Assembly (NCBI GenBank): GCA_963700155.1
Contig: OY969472.1
Location: 2,058-66,057, forward strand
Source of the DNA: an uncultured bacterium
GTDB lineage: Bacteria; Patescibacteriota; Dojkabacteria; J137
Direction: 5' to 3'
DNA: 64,000 nucleotides
Positions 20,319-30,979 of the stretch are shown in pieces. A program made the translations under genes and the position numbers. The notes beneath the pieces were generated by a model. It ran no database searches and had not been told where the DNA came from. It saw nothing but the letters and a program-made list of their open reading frames with translations. Every line of letters begins with the position of its first letter. Position 1 is the stretch's first letter.

Positions 20319-20347
20319 ATTTATCTGTTAAAATCATACAGATAAAT
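20319..20347. promoter_or_regulatory. perfect 10-bp inverted repeat with a 9-nt spacer (ATTTATCTGT-N9-ACAGATAAAT), candidate operator
   Basis: It lies 16-44 nt upstream of the radA start codon. The core CTGT-N9-ACAG resembles a LexA-type SOS box, which is CTGT-N8-ACAG in E. coli. Confidence 0.4.
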
Positions 20348-20362
20348 TAATAAAATTTCAAT

Positions 20363-21667
20363 ATGTTTATTTGTTCTAATTGTGGAAAAATTTTTACAAA
20401 ATGGCAAGGACAATGTGATAGTTGCGGGAAATGGAATACAATAATTGAAAACCCAAATATAGTAGAAAAAGGTAAATCTAATAGGAAAAAAAATACCTCA
20501 AACGCAAAACCTGTAAAACTCAAAGATATTGATAATAAAAATACAGCAAACCGAAAAGGTTATCTTAAAACTGGAATTAATGAATTCGATAATACAATAG
20601 GAGGCTCATTAGTTCCAGGTCAGGTGATTCTTCTTGCAGGCTCACCAGGTGTTGGTAAAAGTACTTTAGCCTTACAAATTACTCAAGCATTATCAAACCA
20701 AAATGTAAATATTTTATATGTTGCTGGTGAAGAATCACCCGAACAAATTAAACAAAGAGCAGATAGACTTGGTTTAAACTTAAATAACGTTTATTTTTTA
20801 CCTGAGAGTAATATAAGAAGTGTTGAAAACTACGTTTCTTCACATAGAGATAAAATTGATATTGTATTTATAGATTCAATACAAACAATGTATGAACCCT
20901 CATCAAATTCAAGTTCTGGTTCAGTTTCTCAAGTCTCTGAATCTACAAATACGATCACAAATTTTGCAAAAGGTTTCGGAATAACGACTTTTATTATTGG
21001 TCATATTACGAAATCAGGAGATATCGCAGGACCTATGATATTAGAACATATGGTCGATACAGTACTGTTTTTTGAAGGTGAAAGAAGGTTTGAGTTTAGG
21101 ATTTTAAGAGTTGAAAAAAACAGATTTGGTCCAACAGATGAAGCTGGAATATTTAGAATGACTCAAAAAGGACTTGAGGAGGTCAAAGATACTAAGGAAT
21201 TATTAAAAATTAATAAGGAACAGTCCAGTGGCTCTGCTTATAGTATTGTACTTGAAGGAAGTCGTCCTGTAGTGGTTGAGATTCAAGCTTTAGCAACAAA
21301 AACTTATTTTACAAATCCACGAAGGACGACTTCCGGTTTTGATACAAATAGACTTTATATTCTTCTTGCAATTATCGATAAAAAATTAAAGCTTAAAACT
21401 TGGGAATATGACGTTTATGTAAACATAACCGGAGGTTTAAAAGTTTCAGACCCTGCTGTCGATTTAGCAGTTATTCAAGCAATAATTTCATCAATAAAAG
21501 ATACAATTATACCAAAAGATAATATTTACTTTGGAGAGGTAGGACTCACTGGTGAAGTTAGGAAAGTATTCTTAGAGGATAAACGAGTAAAAGAAGCTAA
21601 AAGACTTGGATTTGAAAACTTATTTTCTTCTAAAACTATAAAAAATATTCAATCATTAAAGTTTTAA
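20363..21667 (+). CDS. radA: DNA repair protein RadA/Sms
   Basis: N-terminal C4 zinc finger (CSNCG...CDSCGKW), Walker A motif GSPGVGKSTL, KNRFG motif, and a C-terminal Lon-like domain. Confidence 0.9.
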   Translation: MFICSNCGKIFTKWQGQCDSCGKWNTIIENPNIVEKGKSNRKKNTSNAKPVKLKDIDNKNTANRKGYLKTGINEFDNTIGGSLVPGQVILLAGSPGVGKSTLALQITQALSNQNVNILYVAGEESPEQIKQRADRLGLNLNNVYFLPESNIRSVENYVSSHRDKIDIVFIDSIQTMYEPSSNSSSGSVSQVSESTNTITNFAKGFGITTFIIGHITKSGDIAGPMILEHMVDTVLFFEGERRFEFRILRVEKNRFGPTDEAGIFRMTQKGLEEVKDTKELLKINKEQSSGSAYSIVLEGSRPVVVEIQALATKTYFTNPRRTTSGFDTNRLYILLAIIDKKLKLKTWEYDVYVNITGGLKVSDPAVDLAVIQAIISSIKDTIIPKDNIYFGEVGLTGEVRKVFLEDKRVKEAKRLGFENLFSSKTIKNIQSLKF

Positions 21668-21669
21668 AT

Positions 21670-24024
21670 TTACTTACCCCACTCCCAATTGACAACTTCT
21701 GGCATATCTTTACCAAATTCTTGTATATAACTTTTATGTTTCTCTAACTTTTTCTTGAAATAATTAACTAAAACATCCATTTCTTCATTTACTTTTTCTT
21801 TAACTTTCGATGCAGATCTAATTGCCTCAATACAAACATGAAATCTACTCGTACCATTCAAGACTTGCATATCAAAAGGAGTTGTAGTTGTACCCTCCTC
21901 TTTATATCCTAAAATCTTAAATCTACTAGAGACGTCAAATTTGTACAAGATTTCTTCTATTGCTGATGGGTAGCCATGAAAATTAAAAACTACATCTTTA
22001 TCTTTTGTGAATACTTTTACTAGATTGTCTTTAGAATCTATTGGATCATCAAAACTTCCAAGTCCTTTATAACTGAATTCATTAAAGTAAAGAACTTTCA
22101 CTTTCAATTCAGGAATCAAATCATTTAGTAAATCAACGGCTGCCAATGTTTCTAAATTTTGATACTCTCCGCAAGAAGCTAATACTACATCTGGATCTGC
22201 TTCATAATTGGAAGCCCATTCAAATTCAAGATATCCTTTTTGCACAAGTTCATTTGCTTCTCCTAGTTCAAGCCATTGTGGCATCTCTCTTTTTCCCATT
22301 GTTATTAAATTTACGAGATTTTTACTTGAAAGTGACTTATGTATAACACTTAGACTAGAATTTACATCTATTGGGAAATATAATCTAACAAAATCACTCT
22401 TCTTTGCTAACAAACTATTAATCAAAGTAGGGTTTTGATGAGTAAATCCATTATGTTCTTGTCTCCATAATGTACTAGTTGAAATCATATTTAAACTAGA
22501 TACCGATTCTCGCCAAGAGATAGATGATCTCTTTTTTAAATATTTAATATATTGATCTAATTGACTTGAAATTATATTAAGGAACGATTCATAAGATACG
22601 ATTAATCCATTCCTCCCAGAAAGAATGTAGCCTATCATAGATTGAATTAATACGTTTTCACTTAATAATTCAACTATTTGCCCATCATAAGAGAAATACT
22701 TATCCTGCTTTCTTAATGGCCAAGCATAAACCCTAGAGCTTCCTTCAAAAATATCATTTAAAAGATTAGATTCTGATTCATCAGGACTGAATAATCTAAA
22801 AGTTGACAATGATTCTTTATTGTTTGTAAAAATATCTCTTAAATATTCACTAATTTCTTGGGTCTGACTATCTGGTCTTCCACCTTTTTCAAATATTTTA
22901 AATTCATGATCTTGAAGATGAGGAAGTTTTAGATCTACAACTGGGTTAGATATTGATTTTGAAACACCAAGCCTATATTCATCTTTTGGAACTATTTCTA
23001 AAACTTCCTCATCAATAAATGATTCATTATCAAAAAGTTCTGATACTTTATAACTTTCCATCCATGATTTTAAAGCTTCGAATTCATTATCATCTTCTTT
23101 TACTTTTTGAAGAGGAATACCATGTGATAAATTATTATCTTCAAGGATTACTCCATTAACTTCTTTTGGACATGTCCAACCTTTCTTTGTTTTCAAAATT
23201 ATTATAGGCCATGAAGTTTTATCTTGTTTATATTCTGCCCAAATTTCTTTCACTCTATCTATTTTTTCAAAAGATTTATTCAACGCCTCTAAGAAATCGA
23301 TGTAAACATCTTTTGAAGTGTACTGATCGACAATAATCGGATCATAACCAAGACCTTTAAAGTATGCTGTAAGTTCATCTTTACTCTCAGTTCCATAGAC
23401 TGTAGGACCAGAAATTCTATAGCCATTTAAATGTAAAATTGGTAAAACGACACCATCTCTATTCGGAATTATAAATTTATTTAAGTTCCATGAAGCACAT
23501 AAAGTTGCTGTTTCAGCCTCTCCATCTCCTATAACACAAACAGTAGTTAAATCAGGGTTATCCATTACTGTACCAAATGCAGTAGATAGTGAATATCCTA
23601 ATTCACCTCCTTCTAAAATTGTTCCTGGGACCATTGGAGCACTATGACTTGGAAATTTACCAGGCCAACTGAAATCATGAATCAATTTCTTTAATCCCTC
23701 TTTATCCCAAGAGTACTCTGGATAAAATTCAGTTAATGTTTTTTCAATAAATAAATTGGACAGTAAAGATGGGGCACCGTGACCTGGGCCGGCTATATAT
23801 AATAAGTTTCTTGACTTAAGTGATTGCAATACATTTAAACCTCCATAAACAAAGTTCAGCCCAGGCACGGTGCCCCAATGACCTAAGATTCTATCTTTAA
23901 TATCATCTTTTTTAAGTTCATCTTCTAAAAGCTGGTTTTGCCTCAAATAAAGCATTGCCACAGAAATATAGTTTGCAAGTCTATGAAGTTTTTTATATCC
24001 ATTTAGTGATTTTTCAAAATCCAT
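21670..24024 (-). CDS. xfp: xylulose-5-phosphate/fructose-6-phosphate phosphoketolase
   Basis: 784 aa. GHWGTVPG and the GPGHG thiamine-diphosphate-binding motif, plus family-typical length. Confidence 0.9.
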   Translation of the reverse strand: MDFEKSLNGYKKLHRLANYISVAMLYLRQNQLLEDELKKDDIKDRILGHWGTVPGLNFVYGGLNVLQSLKSRNLLYIAGPGHGAPSLLSNLFIEKTLTEFYPEYSWDKEGLKKLIHDFSWPGKFPSHSAPMVPGTILEGGELGYSLSTAFGTVMDNPDLTTVCVIGDGEAETATLCASWNLNKFIIPNRDGVVLPILHLNGYRISGPTVYGTESKDELTAYFKGLGYDPIIVDQYTSKDVYIDFLEALNKSFEKIDRVKEIWAEYKQDKTSWPIIILKTKKGWTCPKEVNGVILEDNNLSHGIPLQKVKEDDNEFEALKSWMESYKVSELFDNESFIDEEVLEIVPKDEYRLGVSKSISNPVVDLKLPHLQDHEFKIFEKGGRPDSQTQEISEYLRDIFTNNKESLSTFRLFSPDESESNLLNDIFEGSSRVYAWPLRKQDKYFSYDGQIVELLSENVLIQSMIGYILSGRNGLIVSYESFLNIISSQLDQYIKYLKKRSSISWRESVSSLNMISTSTLWRQEHNGFTHQNPTLINSLLAKKSDFVRLYFPIDVNSSLSVIHKSLSSKNLVNLITMGKREMPQWLELGEANELVQKGYLEFEWASNYEADPDVVLASCGEYQNLETLAAVDLLNDLIPELKVKVLYFNEFSYKGLGSFDDPIDSKDNLVKVFTKDKDVVFNFHGYPSAIEEILYKFDVSSRFKILGYKEEGTTTTPFDMQVLNGTSRFHVCIEAIRSASKVKEKVNEEMDVLVNYFKKKLEKHKSYIQEFGKDMPEVVNWEWGK

Positions 24025-24099
24025 ACAATATTAACTGAATATTATTTCACTTATAGTCTACAATATCTAGTGGATTTAGAGAAGAATTTAAAGCATTTC

Positions 24100-24999
24100 T
24101 TATGTTAAATCACTCAAGTTTTTATTAACATTATCAAATTGACTTTTATTTATTATTAAAACTGCTCCATCTTTTTTTCTTGCAGCATAATAGTTGCCAT
24201 CACTTAAACTATAAATATCAAATCCATAAGAATTCCCATTTTTAAAATTAATTGTAAATGTTAAGTCAGGTTTCTTCCCTGTTAACTTTTTTGAATCATC
24301 ATTCGAAGCAAAACTTACACCACTAAAGTTTATTAAATTATTTAGGAAAGTATTAGTACTATCTTGATTAAGGGTTTTTGAGTTATCAGATAAAACAAAA
24401 GTACCGTTACTAGAATCAATTTCAAATCCTTTTGCAATAACTTTATCAAGATTATTTATATCCCCTGCAGATAAAGTCTTATCACGATAATCATTCAATG
24501 TTAAAGTAATACTATCAGTTAAATTTTTATCAACTAAATAAACATTTGCATCTCCTTCAGTTCTTAAATAATTTCCTGTTGAGGTTGCCTTTCCTAAAAT
24601 TATTGTAGTAATTTTATTTGTTCCATTAAATAAACCAACAGTTACACCATTAGCATCATCAATATTAAAAATTGAGTAATTTTCAGGATTTGAAGAAGAT
24701 ATATTTGTTACCTGTGCTGAAGATAAGCTATTCAATATTCCTTCAATTTTATTATTATCTGCATCATAACTATTCTTAAAGTTATCATCAGAAGCTTTCC
24801 ATTGATTATCAACTTTAGTAAGATCAATTGTATTTCCCTTATTAATTGAAATTTTATCAACCGAAGATTGTTGATCACTGCTTAAAAAAACCTTTGTAGA
24901 ACTATTAGATTGAAAATAATTTAATGCAGTAAGACCTGCAGCAATAAAAAATATAATTCCAAATACTATTAAAAGTCTTTTTAATTGATTATTATCCAT
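24100..24999 (-). CDS. DUF4340-like membrane-anchored accessory protein of the ABC/GldG-type system
   Basis: N-terminal TM helix and an Asn/Ser-rich beta-rich body. It lies immediately downstream of the GldG-like fusion gene on the same strand. Confidence 0.4.
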   Translation of the reverse strand: MDNNQLKRLLIVFGIIFFIAAGLTALNYFQSNSSTKVFLSSDQQSSVDKISINKGNTIDLTKVDNQWKASDDNFKNSYDADNNKIEGILNSLSSAQVTNISSSNPENYSIFNIDDANGVTVGLFNGTNKITTIILGKATSTGNYLRTEGDANVYLVDKNLTDSITLTLNDYRDKTLSAGDINNLDKVIAKGFEIDSSNGTFVLSDNSKTLNQDSTNTFLNNLINFSGVSFASNDDSKKLTGKKPDLTFTINFKNGNSYGFDIYSLSDGNYYAARKKDGAVLIINKSQFDNVNKNLSDLT

Positions 25000-25004
25000 A
25001 AATT

Positions 25005-27263
25005 TTATGCTAACTTATATTTTCTTTCTTGTCTTTTTCTTCTTAAATAAAATCGTAATACTCCAAATACAACAATAGCTGCAATTGGGAAGCCTATTCC
25101 AGCAACACTTAATGTTGTAGTCTGCGGGGAACTTAGAGATAGTTTTGGAGCTGTTCTAACTTTCGCTTGTATACTTGCAATTGCATCTGCTCCCGATAAC
25201 CACTCAATCGAACCTAAGCCAAATGCCATATTCTCACTTAGAGTAGATAAATTATAATCATCTGAAATTAGCTTAGAATCTCCTACAATAACTGCTTTAC
25301 CATTATTATTATTCTGAAGAGCAACTGCTAACAACTGAATTGAATCATCTTGTTTTGCATTCCAAGTTTGATCAGGAGCTAAATTATATGAACCACTAAC
25401 TTGAACATTTGCAGATCCGGAAGTTTCGATCAACTTATATACTGCTTCATTTGAAGTCTTACTTGTATTTATACTTATTGAACTTCCCCATAGGTAAGAT
25501 ACTTCTTTTACGTCTTTAAGCACTGAAATATCTGCATTTGTAGACTGAGCAACAACCCATAAAGGATAATTTATTGGGAATAAGTAACCGGTATTTACTA
25601 AATTATTATTCTGTAAGTCATAAACTAGATTTTGATTTACTGTTACTCCATAATCAGCAAATAAATCTCTTAAACTATTATCATTATTACTTGCTGTGAA
25701 AGACTGAGAATCAACTGTTACTGGATTTGTTAATAAAAATACATTTCCTCCATTTGAATAGAAATCTTTTATTTTCTTAATTTCGGTATCATTAAATTTT
25801 GCATTCGGCCCGTCAATAACTAAAGTTGTAATCTCTTTTGGGATATCTTTACTTAAATCAACTTGCTGAACATTAAAAAGCTCATTTATTTCATTTGTAA
25901 ATGACTTCATGTTTTGTGAGTCTGGAGTATAAGCCACATTTGTAGTTAAAAACCCAATAGTTTTTAAATCATTATTGGCAAGTTTATTAATTTTTTTTGT
26001 TATCTCATATTCAAGATTATTAAATATTGATTGGTCGTTCAAATCTAAAGATTCGGTTTTATCAAGGTATTTAAATCCTATACCAAAGTAACCGATTGCA
26101 ACTTGTGATGAATCTGAATTATTCACCTGGAATCTTATTGGACTAAGACCTGCAGTCGAAGCTTCGTTATTGGAATCTGAACTATCTGGCTGTTTGAATT
26201 GATAAGAAATCTTACCACTTGAATAAGTCTGATAATCCCTTAACAAATCTTGAACATCTCTGACCTGAGATTGAAATTCAATCGGTAGATTATTTGAGGC
26301 ATATAAAGTAATATTCAATACATCTGAAACTTTATTGACCACATCGACTGATGCATCTGATAATGTATATATCTTATTTGAGGTAAAGTCGATTCTTCCA
26401 GGAATAACCTGTCCAATATATCCAATTAGTAATGTAATTACAATAATGATTACCAAAGATACCCTTGCATATTGTAAATTTCTATTTCTACTAGGGAATT
26501 TATCTTTTATTATTAAATAATATGCAATGCTTAAAAATGCTGTAATAAACGCAATAAAATACAAGAGATCTCTTAAATCTAAAACACCTCTTGAGATCGA
26601 CTGATAATGTGAAAGTAAACCAATTCTTTCAATAATAAAGTCTATTCCTAAATTTAATTGTAATAAGTCAGAACCTAAAATTATAAATAATGCTGCTATA
26701 ACAAGAGTAGTCAAAAAAGCAGCTATTTCACTCTTTAATAATGATGAAACTGCAAGACCAACCGAAACTAAACTCATGCCAAGTACTAACGCACCAACAT
26801 ACTGCATAATAACTTGTCCAATATCAAGCTGGCCAAATGTTCCGATAGTTATTACTAAAGGTAATGTAAATATAAGTAAAATTGCAATGAATAATGAATA
26901 AGCAATAAACTTGCTTATTAATAGTTGAAATTCAGTAATAGGTTGAGTCAGAAGATACTCAATGGTTCCTGAAACTTTCTCTCTGGAAATGGAACTCATC
27001 GTTATTGCTGGAACAATTATTACAAATGTAAATGAAATATATGAGAATAAATTGCTTAAATCAGTAGTACCTACTTGTAAAAATTTACCTACTGCAAAGA
27101 ATAAAATCATTAAGACAATAACAAATAGAGCAATAATTATATAAGCTAGTGGTGTTGAGAAAAAATTAAAAAGTTCTTTTTTCACAAGAGTAAATATTAA
27201 TCCAAAGTTTACTTCTGGTATTTTTAAATGTGGTCTTTTTATTGATTTTATTTTATCTTTCAT
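25005..27263 (-). CDS. fusion of an ABC-2 permease (GldF-like) and a GldG-like extracytoplasmic domain
   Basis: The N-terminal part has about 6 TM helices. It is followed by a large soluble domain with GldG-like character and a C-terminal TM helix with a basic tail. It sits downstream of the ABC ATPase gene. Confidence 0.55.
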   Translation of the reverse strand: MKDKIKSIKRPHLKIPEVNFGLIFTLVKKELFNFFSTPLAYIIIALFVIVLMILFFAVGKFLQVGTTDLSNLFSYISFTFVIIVPAITMSSISREKVSGTIEYLLTQPITEFQLLISKFIAYSLFIAILLIFTLPLVITIGTFGQLDIGQVIMQYVGALVLGMSLVSVGLAVSSLLKSEIAAFLTTLVIAALFIILGSDLLQLNLGIDFIIERIGLLSHYQSISRGVLDLRDLLYFIAFITAFLSIAYYLIIKDKFPSRNRNLQYARVSLVIIIVITLLIGYIGQVIPGRIDFTSNKIYTLSDASVDVVNKVSDVLNITLYASNNLPIEFQSQVRDVQDLLRDYQTYSSGKISYQFKQPDSSDSNNEASTAGLSPIRFQVNNSDSSQVAIGYFGIGFKYLDKTESLDLNDQSIFNNLEYEITKKINKLANNDLKTIGFLTTNVAYTPDSQNMKSFTNEINELFNVQQVDLSKDIPKEITTLVIDGPNAKFNDTEIKKIKDFYSNGGNVFLLTNPVTVDSQSFTASNNDNSLRDLFADYGVTVNQNLVYDLQNNNLVNTGYLFPINYPLWVVAQSTNADISVLKDVKEVSYLWGSSISINTSKTSNEAVYKLIETSGSANVQVSGSYNLAPDQTWNAKQDDSIQLLAVALQNNNNGKAVIVGDSKLISDDYNLSTLSENMAFGLGSIEWLSGADAIASIQAKVRTAPKLSLSSPQTTTLSVAGIGFPIAAIVVFGVLRFYLRRKRQERKYKLA

Positions 27264-27278
27264 AATATTAATAAATAT

Positions 27279-28217
27279 TTAATTATTTTTAATTTGAGTA
27301 AGTTCTCTAAATAAATCTTCAAGATTTTGTTGTCTTACTGATAGTTCATAAATCATCCAATCATTCTTTTTTGAAATATCATTTATATCTTTTATTAATT
27401 TATCTAAGTTCTCTGAGGTAATTCTAAATTTTGCAGTTTTTCTGTCATCGTTAATTTCTGCAATACTATTAAATTTAAGTGATTTAAGATCGTTTTGTTT
27501 TACTTTTTTCCCAGAACTTTTCAAAGCTAAATAAACTTCATTAGTATTAAATCTCTTTTTTGTTATTGCATCTTTTGTATCGTCAAGAACTATTTTTCCT
27601 TTATTTATTATAATAATTCTGTTACACATTGCTTCAACTTCCTGCATAACATGAGTGCTGATTACAACTGTTCTATCTTTACCTAATTCTTTTATCAGGT
27701 TTCGAATTTCATTTCGCTGATTTGGATCAAGTCCTTCAGTTGGTTCATCTAAAATCATAATTTCAGGATCATGTACAAGAACTTGTGCAATCCCAACTCT
27801 TTGTTTATAACCTTTTGAAAGCTCAGAAATTGGTCTGTAAAAAACATCTTGAATTCCAGTTGCCTTAACTACATAATCTATTTTCTTCTTGTGTTCTGAC
27901 TTTGGAATTGAGTGAAGATCAAGTGCAAGCTTTATAGCTTCTTCTACAATCATTTCTTTATATAATGGATTATTTTCTGGCATATAACCGATTAGTTTTT
28001 TTGCAAACACCATATTATCTTTTACTTCCTTCTTCTCAATTGATATTTTCCCCGAATCCGGTATAAGAAACCCTGATATTACTTTCATTGTTGTTGATTT
28101 TCCTGCTCCATTTGGACCAAGTAATCCTACAACCTCTCCTTTATCAATCTCAAAAGATACTCCGTCCAGTGCTGTTAAATCACCATATTTCTTGGTAATA
28201 TTTTCAAGTTTAATCAT
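27279..28217 (-). CDS. ABC transporter ATP-binding protein (GldA-like)
   Basis: Walker A motif GPNGAGKSTT, signature LSKGYKQRVGIAQ, and Walker B motif ILDEPT. Confidence 0.85.
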   Translation of the reverse strand: MIKLENITKKYGDLTALDGVSFEIDKGEVVGLLGPNGAGKSTTMKVISGFLIPDSGKISIEKKEVKDNMVFAKKLIGYMPENNPLYKEMIVEEAIKLALDLHSIPKSEHKKKIDYVVKATGIQDVFYRPISELSKGYKQRVGIAQVLVHDPEIMILDEPTEGLDPNQRNEIRNLIKELGKDRTVVISTHVMQEVEAMCNRIIIINKGKIVLDDTKDAITKKRFNTNEVYLALKSSGKKVKQNDLKSLKFNSIAEINDDRKTAKFRITSENLDKLIKDINDISKKNDWMIYELSVRQQNLEDLFRELTQIKNN

Positions 28218-28291
28218 AAATATTATTTAATAGTTATTAACATCAATATATCTCTAAATATAACACAAAGTTCTTACAAAACATTTACATC

Positions 28292-28789
28292 TCAAGCTGC
28301 CTTTTTTAGAATACCATTATTCGACAATAGTTCTGTGTTAATTCTTTCACTTGGCACGACTACATTTTGATTACCCTCGGGGCTTGTATAATAGGTTACA
28401 AATTCATTTGCTTTTAAGAAATCCAGTGCTTTAGTTAAATCTTCAATACTGAAACCTGGTTTATATTTATCAAATATTTCTAACATTTTTGAATGTTCAA
28501 CCTCATGTAAGTTTTCTCCTATACCTTGTTTAAATAGCAAAATCAGCCACAATAATGCCTGATCATTAATTCCTTCAGCATCAATAATTTCTTTCTGGTC
28601 TTGTTTAAGTTTAATATTCTCTTCAATTACTCTTCTATCAACCCCAAATGGATTATGTTCTGGAACTCTATAGCCTTCTTTTGCATAATCTCCTTTCATA
28701 AAAGGGATTTCACTATCAGTCATTCCTGGAATATTCGGATTACCCTTAACTGAACTTGGTCTTATTCTTCCTGTGTTTTGTGTATTCAT
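28292..28789 (-). CDS. hypothetical protein
   Basis: 165-aa ORF with no recognisable motif. It ends with a TGA stop. Confidence 0.4.
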   Translation of the reverse strand: MNTQNTGRIRPSSVKGNPNIPGMTDSEIPFMKGDYAKEGYRVPEHNPFGVDRRVIEENIKLKQDQKEIIDAEGINDQALLWLILLFKQGIGENLHEVEHSKMLEIFDKYKPGFSIEDLTKALDFLKANEFVTYYTSPEGNQNVVVPSERINTELLSNNGILKKAA

Positions 28790-28816
28790 ATTTTTTTATA
28801 AATAATTAAAATATTA

Positions 28817-30625
28817 CTATTTTAATTTACCTAATTTTTTAGCTAATGTCTCTGTCTGAGTAAGTAATTCATCAATTTCGTTCAATCCTTGATACCAGAA
28901 GTTCTTTTTTGTAATATCTACTCCAAGTTTTTTAAATATATTTTTTGGAGATTCTGAACTTCCAGATTCGAAAAATTTAATAACTTTCTTAATAAATTGA
29001 GGATTTTCTTTTACAAAATGTTGTAATGATTTAGATATTAATAATCCGCTTGAATAAGAATATACATAGAAGAAACTTCGGATATGACTAATATAAAGCC
29101 ACCAATTTTCTGAACCAGGAGATTGAATAACAGAATCTCCCATATACTCTTCCATCTTTGTTTTAAAAATCAAGCCGATTTCCTTTTTAGATAAATATCC
29201 TTTCTCTCTAAATTGTTCATTAATCTCTTTCTCAAAATTATATATTCCAATTTGTCTGTGAATTGTTGAAACTTCCTCATTTAATTTCATCATATAAAGG
29301 GTGAGTCTTAGTTCATCATCAGCATCTTTTAATAATTCCTGCAGAACAAAATCTTCCATAAAAGTGCTTGATACTTCTGCAGTTGAAACTGGTGCGAATG
29401 CATATAAAGTATTCTGTTTTTTCATTAAAGTATGATGTACACCATGTCCCATTTCATGAGCAAAAGTTAATACATCATTAAGTTTATTTGTATGATTAAG
29501 CATAACAAAGACTGGAAGTTCTTTTCCTCCTTCAGTACAAAAGGCACCACTTGCTTTTCCTTTTTTTGGGAAAACATCTACTCTCCCCTCATCTAGAAAA
29601 CTTTGGAATATATCGAACAGCAATGGATCTAGTTTTCTAAAGACATTACCTACTAGATTAACAGTTTCATCAAAATTATATTTTTTACTGATTTCTCCAT
29701 AATGGACGTTTCTTTCATGATATTCAAGTTTATCCTTTCCCAAAAGTCTGGCTTTAAGTTTATAATATTTTCTTGAAGTCTCAAATTTCTTTACTACTGA
29801 TTCTCTAAGTGATTCTACAACTTCAATATCCATATCATCATCAAGAAGTCTTGCTTGTTCGGGAGTTTTATAATTTCTTAAAGTATCATTAATTTTTTTA
29901 TTTTCAAGAACTGAATTAAGTTCATGCTCTCCAACATCAATCCATTTTTCAAAAATTTCATTTAATGCTAAAGCTGCAGAATCTCTTACCTTTTGTTTCT
30001 TATTATCTATTAATGAAATTATTTCACTAAAACTTTTCTTTTCTTTTTTACCCTCTTCTGTAAAAACAACTTTTTCTTCTTTTGATAAGAACTCTTCGGT
30101 CATTTGAACCCAATTATAATAAGATACTTTCGACTTTAGATTCATGATTTTCTCTTGGTCTTCTGTTAGAAGATGGTTAGCCTCTAAAAAAAGCCTTTTA
30201 AGAAAATGTTTATATTTTTTTAGCTCTGAGGAATTTAAAAATTTAGATTGTTGCTTTTTGTCTATTGTCGCAATTCGATGTGCAAAAAATTGAATATCAT
30301 TTTCAATTTTTTGCCCCATTTCTATTACTTTATTTAATTTTGCTTTTATTTCTGTATTCTCTTGATCTAAAACTGAACTCAACCATAAGTAATAACCTTC
30401 ATTACCATCACTTCCAAATTTAGCTAGCCATTTCTCATATTCTTCTAATGCTTTAGCAAGCACTTTAGGATTCTTTAAGTAATCATCTCTATCTTTCCAT
30501 TTATTGATAAATTCATAACTTTTTTTCTTTACAATTTTTCTATCTTTTTCAATTTTAGGGTCGTCTATATTTTTGTAGAAGATTTCTAAATTCCAAGAAG
30601 TACTCAATTTCTTTTCTTTTTTCAT
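28817..30625 (-). CDS. pepF: oligoendopeptidase F (M3 family)
   Basis: 602 aa with the HEMGHGVH zinc-binding HExxH motif and typical M3B length. Confidence 0.85.
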   Translation of the reverse strand: MKKEKKLSTSWNLEIFYKNIDDPKIEKDRKIVKKKSYEFINKWKDRDDYLKNPKVLAKALEEYEKWLAKFGSDGNEGYYLWLSSVLDQENTEIKAKLNKVIEMGQKIENDIQFFAHRIATIDKKQQSKFLNSSELKKYKHFLKRLFLEANHLLTEDQEKIMNLKSKVSYYNWVQMTEEFLSKEEKVVFTEEGKKEKKSFSEIISLIDNKKQKVRDSAALALNEIFEKWIDVGEHELNSVLENKKINDTLRNYKTPEQARLLDDDMDIEVVESLRESVVKKFETSRKYYKLKARLLGKDKLEYHERNVHYGEISKKYNFDETVNLVGNVFRKLDPLLFDIFQSFLDEGRVDVFPKKGKASGAFCTEGGKELPVFVMLNHTNKLNDVLTFAHEMGHGVHHTLMKKQNTLYAFAPVSTAEVSSTFMEDFVLQELLKDADDELRLTLYMMKLNEEVSTIHRQIGIYNFEKEINEQFREKGYLSKKEIGLIFKTKMEEYMGDSVIQSPGSENWWLYISHIRSFFYVYSYSSGLLISKSLQHFVKENPQFIKKVIKFFESGSSESPKNIFKKLGVDITKKNFWYQGLNEIDELLTQTETLAKKLGKLK

Positions 30626-30741
30626 AAATCATATTTTATAAACAATTTTTTGATTATATAACGAGAAATATGAAATTGGTATGAAAAACTATCTCTTTAT
30701 TGAAAATATAAGTACTATAAATTATAATAATCATGCTCTAA

Positions 30742-30979
30742 GCCGAATATAGTAAAATGGTCATTTAAAGTGATGCTTTTGAAAAAAGCATTTAAGAACA
30801 TGTTTATTCTTAACTTACAATGACCGATCTTAGTAGTTTTACAATTAACGCGGGTATAGTATATCGGTCATTTAAAGTTATGCTTTTGAAGAAAGCATTT
30901 AAGAAAAAGTTTGTTCTTTACTTGCAATGACCGATCTTAGTAGCTTTACAATTAATGCGGGTATAGTATATCGGTCATT
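30742..30979 (+). repeat. tandem direct repeat of about 107 bp (two full units plus one degenerate unit). Each unit ends with a copy of the first 23 nt of tRNA-Gly.
   Basis: The units begin at about 30759 and 30867. The third unit, from 30973, runs into the genuine tRNA. Each unit contains the palindrome ATGCTTTTGAA(A/G)AAAGCAT and the inverted copy CAATGACCGATC of the tRNA D-region TATATCGGTCATT. The two full units are more than 90% identical. Confidence 0.75.

Noticed and set aside
30742-30979. A possible CRISPR array at the tRNA-Gly upstream repeats
   Set aside because: The period is about 107 bp, with whole units more than 90% identical and no short repeat/unique-spacer alternation. This is a tandem duplication, not a CRISPR array.
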